Shown: in pieces, positions 57,692-64,000 of the stretch
Layout of the letters: each line of letters starts with the position of its first letter
Numbering within the stretch: the first letter of the stretch is position 1
Source: a virus
Length of the DNA stretch: 64,000 nucleotides
Direction: 5' to 3' (one strand)
Virus record (IMG/VR): IMGVR_UViG_3300030328_002122
Coordinates: 64,001-128,000 of that record
Notes under the pieces: generated by a model
What the model was told of the DNA's origin: nothing
What the model saw: the letters and a program-made list of their open reading frames with translations, nothing else
Database searches by the model: none
Position numbers and translations under genes: made by a program

Positions 57692-57920
57692 ATGAAATCT
57701 TTAATTTTTTTATGGGGGTTTCATAATATAATTCCTTTCACTCTTTTTTTATAATATTAATTTTATAATATTAATATAATCACTTATAGATCAATTGGTA
57801 ATGGGTGGCTAGAAAAAACTCCACTTAACCAACAAAACTATTATTTCATAAAATGATGAATATTAATGTCACCACAAAGTCTGGTTTTATAAATAGTATT
57901 GAGATCTAGTGGGAGAGAGA

Positions 57921-58403
57921 ATGGTAGATCCAGTTACAGCGATTGCAGCCGCAACGACAGCTTTCAATGCGATTAAAAAAGGTTTTCAGTTTGGACGAGA
58001 TGTAGAATCTATGTCTGGAGATCTTGGTCGCTGGATGGGCGCTGTTAGTGATATTGACAAAGCTGACCAATATGCTAAAAAACCACCATTGTTCAAAAAA
58101 CTGTTCAATGCTGGATCAGTAGAAGAAGAGGCATTAAACGCATTTATGGCGAAGAAAAAAGCTCAAGATATGAGAGATGAGTTGAAAAACATAATTGTTT
58201 TTTCAAGAGGCCCTAACGCATGGAATGAACTATTAAAAACTGAAGCAGATATCAGAAAGAAAAGACAACAAGCAATTTATGCACAACAAGAATTAAGAAG
58301 AAAAATTCTTGAAATAGTTGCAGTTGTAGTTATATTGGGAATTGCCACTACTGCAATGGGTTTACTAATTTATGCAGCTGGTGTAAAAAGAGGTCTTTGG
58401 TAG
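57921..58403 (+). CDS. Conserved hypothetical protein with C-terminal TM
   Basis: MVDPVTAIAAA..AF..IKKG...; late promoter TATAAATA at 57888-57895. Confidence 0.65.
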   Translation: MVDPVTAIAAATTAFNAIKKGFQFGRDVESMSGDLGRWMGAVSDIDKADQYAKKPPLFKKLFNAGSVEEEALNAFMAKKKAQDMRDELKNIIVFSRGPNAWNELLKTEADIRKKRQQAIYAQQELRRKILEIVAVVVILGIATTAMGLLIYAAGVKRGLW

Positions 58404-58404
58404 A

Positions 58405-60279
58405 TTAAATAGGAAATGCAAAATTAGGTATAGTATTATCTCTAACAGGCCAAGGAACAACTCCACCACCAGAACCACCACCACTTACATTATTATTATT
58501 TACAACACTATTATTAGTGATTATTGATCCACCACCACCAGTTCTTTTTTCTTCTGCAAGTTCACTATTTGCAGTTGCAACTGCACTACCTAATAGTGTT
58601 TTTAACTCTGTAGTTAATTGTTCAACAAGTTTTGCATCTTGATTTCTTCCTTTATAATCAAGGCCTCTGTAAACATTTTCACCAGACTCTGATCTTGCAA
58701 TTCTATCTTTTGCTTCTTGTATCTCTGTTTGAACTTGAACTCTTTTTTGTTCATCAGTTGGTGTTTTTACTAATTCCTCTAATTCAACATCAGCTGGTTC
58801 TTGAACTGTTTCTTCAACTGGTGTGTCATTTTTCAGAAATGGTATATACCCCTCTAAAAAGTCTGGTATAACTGCTCTTGCAATATCTTTAACATTTATA
58901 TCAAATAAACCACCAAAGAAATCTGTAACTTTTTTTACTGTCTTTTCAAACAATTCACTTATGTTTGGAAGTTCTGGTAGTTTTAAGTTGGTTAATACAT
59001 CTCTTACATCTTTAAATGGGTCAAATGTGGTTAGAAAAGTTCGTAAACTACCAAAGATATCTAGGTTTGCAAAGAACTCTCTGATATCACCAAAAAGATC
59101 TAGGTTTGCAAAGAACTCTCTAATACTACCAAAAAGATTTAAGTTTGCAAAGAAACCTCTTATATCTTCAATTTTCTGACCTACTGTATCTGGTATAGAA
59201 GTAAAAAATCCTACAAGGTCATCATATATACCAGTTATTCTTTCAATAAATGCATCTGATGGAGTAAATGCAGCTATGGCTGCAGTAAACATATTACTAA
59301 TAAAATCACTTACATTTTGCAAAAATCCATTGATAAGATCCTCAAAAGAAAAACTATCAAGTTTTGCAGCTATTTCTTCAAATCCAAGTTTTGTCAAGAG
59401 CCAAGATGTTAGATCTTTTAACAAATCAAGTGGAAGTCCTATGATAGTAGAATAAAATTCTATACTAGCTTGTTTTATCGCTTCCATAATACTGCCAGTT
59501 TCTCTCCAAGTATCCATGAAACTCTTAAATGCATCATACAATCCTTTTGCAGTTACCAAAATTCCTGCTACTATTGCAACGATAACTGCACCTGTAGCAG
59601 CTGCACCTAATCCTATGACTCCACCAATTGCAGTTAGACCAGCAGCGATTGCAGTAAAAGCCCCACCAAGACTTGTTACGATACCAACTATTTTAACTAT
59701 CGCCCAACCACCTAAAACTGCACTTAATGTTGTCATTTGAGCAGTATGATCAGTAAATAAAGTTTTTAATTCTTCCCATGATGGTGAAGTGATAAAGCCT
59801 AATATTGCAGGCCAAAAAGGATGCAAAACAAATTTTTTCACACCTTCTACAATCGCAAGTGCTTTTTCTGTTATTTTAGGCCATTCCTCACTATCCATAA
59901 ATGATAGTAATCCAATCAGAGCAGCACCAAACAAGAATTTTTTTGCAAGATTCCAAATACCACCAGCTGCTTTCTTTGCAGAATCTAATGCATTTTTTTC
60001 TATAATACCAGTTAGAGTACCTACACCCTTTGTAACACCAAAAATACCTTTTTTTATAACTTTAAATATTGACAGTTGTTCTCTTTTATCTTCTGTTTCT
60101 TTTGCATCAGTTTTGTTTTTATCTTGTAGTTCAACACCTTGTGCTTGGGCCATTTGATTTTGAGTATCAGATATATTTTCTAATACTTTCAAAAGTCCTT
60201 CTTGACCTTTATTATTTGCTTGTTGTTCTGAAACTAAGGTTTTGAAATCTTTAGCGCCACCAAAACTTACTTCTACCAT
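58405..60279 (-). CDS. Tape-measure/baseplate-hub protein (gp29-like)
   Basis: Helical, hydrophobic segments, 11-aa repeats FFANL.LFG.IRE, N/G-rich tail; downstream of 26/51. Confidence 0.65.
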   Translation of the reverse strand: MVEVSFGGAKDFKTLVSEQQANNKGQEGLLKVLENISDTQNQMAQAQGVELQDKNKTDAKETEDKREQLSIFKVIKKGIFGVTKGVGTLTGIIEKNALDSAKKAAGGIWNLAKKFLFGAALIGLLSFMDSEEWPKITEKALAIVEGVKKFVLHPFWPAILGFITSPSWEELKTLFTDHTAQMTTLSAVLGGWAIVKIVGIVTSLGGAFTAIAAGLTAIGGVIGLGAAATGAVIVAIVAGILVTAKGLYDAFKSFMDTWRETGSIMEAIKQASIEFYSTIIGLPLDLLKDLTSWLLTKLGFEEIAAKLDSFSFEDLINGFLQNVSDFISNMFTAAIAAFTPSDAFIERITGIYDDLVGFFTSIPDTVGQKIEDIRGFFANLNLFGSIREFFANLDLFGDIREFFANLDIFGSLRTFLTTFDPFKDVRDVLTNLKLPELPNISELFEKTVKKVTDFFGGLFDINVKDIARAVIPDFLEGYIPFLKNDTPVEETVQEPADVELEELVKTPTDEQKRVQVQTEIQEAKDRIARSESGENVYRGLDYKGRNQDAKLVEQLTTELKTLLGSAVATANSELAEEKRTGGGGSIITNNSVVNNNNVSGGGSGGGVVPWPVRDNTIPNFAFPI

Positions 60280-60288
60280 TTTTCTGTC

Positions 60289-60615
60289 CTACTTTTTCGC
60301 AAAGGTTTCTTTTGCATAGAAAGCTGCAACTATAGCTGCAACTGATACAAAGTATGTTGGAGCCATATCACCTAATATACCACTTGCTTTATCTAATCCA
60401 ATCCACTCTGCAAGAACTACTGAAAAAGGATATAATAACATACCAAACAATGCAAACCATGCCATGTTGCGTTGTGCATCGGCCTTCTTATCTTCATTCT
60501 CTAATCTCATCATTTCTTTACTCATTGCAATTTCCTCATCGCTTACTATCCCATCTCCATCCACATCAAAATCTGCATATTGTGAACCTTTTTCTAATTT
60601 CTTTTGTGCAGCCAT
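60289..60615 (-). CDS. Membrane protein with EF-hand-like loop
   Basis: DVDGDGIVSDEE plus two TM segments; start at MAAQ with SD gagagg. Confidence 0.65.
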   Translation of the reverse strand: MAAQKKLEKGSQYADFDVDGDGIVSDEEIAMSKEMMRLENEDKKADAQRNMAWFALFGMLLYPFSVVLAEWIGLDKASGILGDMAPTYFVSVAAIVAAFYAKETFAKK

Positions 60616-60668
60616 TTTACTTTCCTCTCTATAATCCAAATGATGTTTAATTGATATAAAATCTACCA

Positions 60669-60791
60669 CTAACAGTTACATTTACTACACTCGCAACCTG
60701 TACAAACATCATTTGCACATTGTTCACATTCTTTTTCACAATGACAATCATGTCCACACTTTTTACATTTTCCGTTACAAGTACAACTCAT
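60669..60791 (-). CDS. 40-aa Cys-rich metallothionein-like peptide, not in the ORF track
   Basis: MSCTCNGKCKKCGHDCHCEKECEQCANDVCTGCECSKCNC (13 Cys, 2 His); SD AAGGAG; GATAAATA upstream at 60808-60815. Confidence 0.75.
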   Translation of the reverse strand: MSCTCNGKCKKCGHDCHCEKECEQCANDVCTGCECSKCNC

Positions 60792-60810
60792 AGTGCTCTC
60801 CTTGTTCTAT

Positions 60811-61008
60811 TTATCCTTTTCCATCTGCTTTAGCTTGTCTTTCAGCGGTTTTTTCATCATCTAACCATTGAAGAAGAAGTTTTGTGTATATTTCCCTCTC
60901 CCAAGGCATCATATATTCTAGTTCTGTTAAAGAATACTTATGATGTTGCATAAGTTGGAAATTTAATTGATAATAGTTTTCCAACGTATTATGAGAGAGG
61001 GATACTAG
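60811..61008 (-). CDS. 51: gp51-like baseplate hub assembly protein, probably reached by -1 frameshift from gene 26
   Basis: LSHNTLENYYQLNFQLMQHHKYSLTELEYMMPWEREIY; no SD-preceded start codon. Confidence 0.75.
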   Translation of the reverse strand, partial: LVSLSHNTLENYYQLNFQLMQHHKYSLTELEYMMPWEREIYTKLLLQWLDDEKTAERQAKADGKG

Positions 61009-61709
61009 AAAAAATCTTGTAGTCCTTCTAATGTTAAATCACTTTCAACTTCAGTTTTAGGATTCTTCACAGTAATCTTATGTTTCACTTTAGGCATTGT
61101 TTCAAAAAAACTTTGCACTTTCACAAATTGTTCATGTGACATTGATTCAATAAAATCATCTAATTCTTTTTCTTCCATGTCGTTTTTAGTATAAACATTC
61201 TCTGCATCATATATTTGATTAACACAGCTTTTAATAACATTAAAAGTTGCAACTGCATCATTCTTTCCATCTGTAATTTTTACAACTTTGCTTATTTCTG
61301 GATAATCAAATACTATCCCTACATCATCACTAATTTTTATATTATTAGTATGATCTTTGTCTTTAATACATTGTACTTCAGATAGATTTACATCTACTTT
61401 TACTTTTGTTTCTTCATCATCTGGACAAATTACTGTAACAGCAGTTGTTTCTCCAATAGACTTACATCTAATCTGTAAAAATACATATTCTATATCAAAT
61501 GTTGGTAATTTTTTTGAATCTAATTTACCAAACGTACACGCATCAATAAGATCCTGTACTGCACGTATTAAAGATTGTTGACTTCCTTCTTGTTGTGCTA
61601 ACATTAACATTTTTTCTTCTTTCACAAGAAAGGGTCTAAACTCTACTTTTTGTCCTGTAGAGGGTAATGTCAATTCATATTTAGCGGTTGCTAACTTTGG
61701 TAACGCCAT
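61005..61709 (-). CDS. 26: Baseplate hub assembly chaperone gp26
   Basis: MALPK....YEL.LPSTG..V.FRPFLVKEEK, FDIEYVFL.IR.KS.GE, FFETMPK and LEGL.DFF. Confidence 0.92.
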   Translation of the reverse strand: MALPKLATAKYELTLPSTGQKVEFRPFLVKEEKMLMLAQQEGSQQSLIRAVQDLIDACTFGKLDSKKLPTFDIEYVFLQIRCKSIGETTAVTVICPDDEETKVKVDVNLSEVQCIKDKDHTNNIKISDDVGIVFDYPEISKVVKITDGKNDAVATFNVIKSCVNQIYDAENVYTKNDMEEKELDDFIESMSHEQFVKVQSFFETMPKVKHKITVKNPKTEVESDLTLEGLQDFF

Positions 61710-61734
61710 AATTTAATTTTCTCCTCATATTATA

Positions 61735-62376
61735 TTATCTTGCACCAGTACCGATTACTGATGTTAGGGTTTGTCCACCAGAAACAGTTTTGGGTGGATT
61801 TTGAGTTGCAAATGTTCTGGTATCACTATTATCCATTACTTGTCCATTTGCATCTATAAAAACAAAATCTCTGAAAACAAAAGAAACCTCTTGTCTTGCA
61901 ATGTCCATATTTTGAGCGCTAAACTCTACTGCACCAACTGTTTTTGGAAAACATTCATTCAATCTAAGACCAGCTAATGGTAAACCATTTTTTCCTAATT
62001 GGAAAACTTCTATTGGTGTTACATACTGATTATAATATTCTAGATTGTAATTATTTGGTTTAACAACAAGATCTTGCCACTTTAAGAAATACTGTCTTTC
62101 AAAATGTTCTGCTGATAAAAAGAATGTCATACTTATATCTTCTGCATATGTCAATCCCTGAGCCATTTCATAAGTTGGGCCATATACTGTTTCGTTTGTA
62201 ACAGTTCTTATATTTTTACCAGGCATGGTGAACGCTTCAACTCTAAAAGATACGTGTCTATCTGCGTCTGGATCTCTTATTGCTGGTGGTGATGTTATTT
62301 TTACTTCAAATCTATTTGCAAGTGCATGACCACCATACTTACTAAAACTTGCAATGAACTCATCTAGTGCAGCCAT
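61735..62376 (-). CDS. Tail-tube-fold protein (gp19/gp54-like)
   Basis: NRFEV.I, F.MPG, F.KWQ and L..CFP..VG..EF. Confidence 0.65.
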   Translation of the reverse strand: MAALDEFIASFSKYGGHALANRFEVKITSPPAIRDPDADRHVSFRVEAFTMPGKNIRTVTNETVYGPTYEMAQGLTYAEDISMTFFLSAEHFERQYFLKWQDLVVKPNNYNLEYYNQYVTPIEVFQLGKNGLPLAGLRLNECFPKTVGAVEFSAQNMDIARQEVSFVFRDFVFIDANGQVMDNSDTRTFATQNPPKTVSGGQTLTSVIGTGAR

Positions 62377-62945
62377 TATCCTCTCCTTGCAATCCTTCTT
62401 GAGTCTGCATAAACTCTCGTTTCTTGTGCTCTTACAAATCTTTGTACTGGTAACAAAACTGCAACCATCATTTCGTCTGCATCAATTCTACGAAATGGAG
62501 TTCGTACATGATCCATAAGATATCTCTTTACTGTGGGTTTTACGATTGGATTTCTTTTTATTCTATTCCATGTCAATCTTATTCTAGTTTTTTGATCTAA
62601 CTTAGCGTTGATTGCATATTCAGCGATAATGTTTAAAAGTTTTAATCTCATGGGTATGGATAGATAGTGAAAGTTTAATCCTAAAAAACCATTGTTATAT
62701 TGTTCAATGGGCATGATTAAAGGAAACCTATCATAGTATGGTAATATGTCAACATTATCCTTATTCTTAGGACTATACATAAAAAAGTTCATAGTACCAA
62801 ACGTAGGTCTGGTTGTAACCATTCCTTCACGAATAAGTGTTTGTGGTTGTATTTCGCCCAACTCTTTGACTTTCTCACGAAACCAACGAATTGACCTATC
62901 TCTACCACCAGTTTTCTTTAATATACCATCAATTAATTTTGTCAT
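62376..62945 (-). CDS. 2: DNA end protector gp2
   Basis: LPYYDRFPL, FLGLNFHYL and KRYL..HV; late promoter at 62951-62958 (-). Confidence 0.9.
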   Translation of the reverse strand: MTKLIDGILKKTGGRDRSIRWFREKVKELGEIQPQTLIREGMVTTRPTFGTMNFFMYSPKNKDNVDILPYYDRFPLIMPIEQYNNGFLGLNFHYLSIPMRLKLLNIIAEYAINAKLDQKTRIRLTWNRIKRNPIVKPTVKRYLMDHVRTPFRRIDADEMMVAVLLPVQRFVRAQETRVYADSRRIARRG

Positions 62946-62962
62946 ACTCCTATTTATATGAC

Positions 62963-63391
62963 TTAACCAAGATGATCTTCAGTTAGAATTTTAAATTCCA
63001 TATTTCTATCTTTACACCATTCCAACGCATATTCCCACTTGGCTTTATTAACACCCCATGTCTGAACTTCCTTTATATAATATTTGGTTTTCTTCTTACC
63101 GACAGGTGGTTTACATTGTTTCTTTGGTTTAACTTCTATAATCATTTTCTTGATAGTACCATCATTCTGTTTTACTTTTACATAGAAATCTGGAAAGTAT
63201 CTGTGTGTTCTACCATCAAGAGGTGACTTGTATGGTATGATTATTTCTTCACTACCCCACTCTAGTATTGCATCAGTTCTATCACAATAGACCATAAACT
63301 TACGTTCCCACAAACTCCTGTAAATTATGTTTGATGGGTCACCTTTATATTTTCTAGGTTTTGTGGGAATATATCTACCTTTGTATGTCAT
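62963..63391 (-). CDS. 4: Head completion nuclease gp4
   Basis: KYKGDP.NI.YRSLWE, WGSEE..IPY, HRYFPDF, IEVKP and N.AKW..A. Confidence 0.93.
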   Translation of the reverse strand: MTYKGRYIPTKPRKYKGDPSNIIYRSLWERKFMVYCDRTDAILEWGSEEIIIPYKSPLDGRTHRYFPDFYVKVKQNDGTIKKMIIEVKPKKQCKPPVGKKKTKYYIKEVQTWGVNKAKWEYALEWCKDRNMEFKILTEDHLG

Positions 63392-63395
63392 ACTG

Positions 63396-63438
63396 TATAA
63401 ATACTATTGAAACCATAATATATTTAGGACTATTTATA
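63396..63438. promoter_or_regulatory. Face-to-face T4 late promoters for the divergent genes 4 and 48
   Basis: TATAAATA (+) at 63396-63403 and TATAAATA (-) at 63431-63438. Confidence 0.8.
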
Positions 63439-64000
63439 TGGCTCAATTAATCATAGGAACTGATGGACAAAAATCACACATCACTGCAAATAGGACTTCT
63501 TATCAATACCCACTAGATGTAAATGATAGCAAAGGTCATTTTATTCAATTTCAGATAAGAGTTAGAGAACAAGCAACTATAAGTTATGGTAGTGGAGCAG
63601 TAGATGCATCTAATGTTGGTGGTAATGAATACATAACAGTTCCAAGACCACCTAGAAAAACTTTAGATTCAACAATTCAAATACAGATGCCACCCACCAT
63701 TGAAGTGTCACATAAGATAAATTATGCAGATACAGAAATAGGATTAATAGTCGCTGGGTTACTTGCAGCTGGTAATGCGATAAGTAGTGAGAATATAAAC
63801 ACAAAAGCAACAAGAGATGCAGTTGCAAATACAGTAAGATCAGAAGGTGAGAAAGTAATAGCAAACATTGCTGAAGGAATTGGTGTAACAGGTGCAAAGG
63901 CTGCTATGGAATTGAGTAAAGGAAAAGTTACGAACAATAGAACTGAATTAAAGTTTGAAGGTATTGATAGAAGATCTTTTGCATTTACTTTTAGAATGTT
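63438..64000 (+). CDS. 48: Baseplate tail-tube cap gp48, 3'-truncated by window edge
   Basis: YQYPLD, I.I.MP..I......Y and N.RTELKFEGIDRRSFAFTF. Confidence 0.8.
   Translation, partial: MAQLIIGTDGQKSHITANRTSYQYPLDVNDSKGHFIQFQIRVREQATISYGSGAVDASNVGGNEYITVPRPPRKTLDSTIQIQMPPTIEVSHKINYADTEIGLIVAGLLAAGNAISSENINTKATRDAVANTVRSEGEKVIANIAEGIGVTGAKAAMELSKGKVTNNRTELKFEGIDRRSFAFTFRM

Noticed and set aside
59050-59160. 33-bp tandem repeats as a regulatory or CRISPR-like array
   Set aside because: They are in-frame 11-aa repeats (FFANL.LFG.IRE) typical of tape-measure proteins, with no unique spacers.
60616-60669. N-terminal extension of ORF 60289-60669 as given in the track
   Set aside because: It abuts the stop of the metallothionein-like gene, and a better SD-preceded ATG lies at 60615.
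62963-63391. TnsA-like transposase
   Set aside because: Motifs and position next to genes 2 and 48 identify T4 gp4, which shares the fold; no transposon ends.
69-63937. The many 60-170 aa opposite-strand or alternate-frame ORFs in the track (e.g. 38762-39268, 19071-19433, 59789-60157, 63652-63897)
   Set aside because: They lie wholly over well-supported genes, lack SDs and recognisable motifs, and look like codon-bias shadows.
1-64000. Stop-codon reassignment
   Set aside because: Core genes are full length in the standard bacterial code, and TAA, TAG and TGA all occur as real stops.

Overview
A 64 kb segment of an AT-rich T4-like myophage, most likely marine and infecting an alphaproteobacterium. 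The host inference rests on a permuted alpha-type tmRNA, GANTC/GcrA-like promoter motifs and an alphaproteobacterial-type BMP protein. It holds the T4 replication core (45, 44, 62, regA, 43, uvsX, 40, 41, 61, rnh, 33, 59, 32) and nucleotide genes (nrdJ, thyX, guaC, MazG-like). A candidate DNA-modification cassette fills the slot T4 uses for gene 42/beta-gt. A late-promoter block encodes probable head-packaged proteins and three large LamG-repeat fibres. Also present are a lysis block, host-derived genes (Hsp20, bS21, PhoH, BMP, Na/Pi transporter) and baseplate/tail genes at the right end. Main non-obvious signals: a two-piece tmRNA; a BGT-like/GT4/cytidylyltransferase/GNAT-like cluster with no hydroxymethylase; a -1 frameshift signal joining gp26 to gp51; capsid-targeting-like N-termini and an L-x-E-punctuated polyprotein; an anti-SD-loop sRNA; a ROSE-like thermometer; and an uncalled 40-aa metallothionein-like gene. 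All family calls come from motif recognition by eye, not from database searches.
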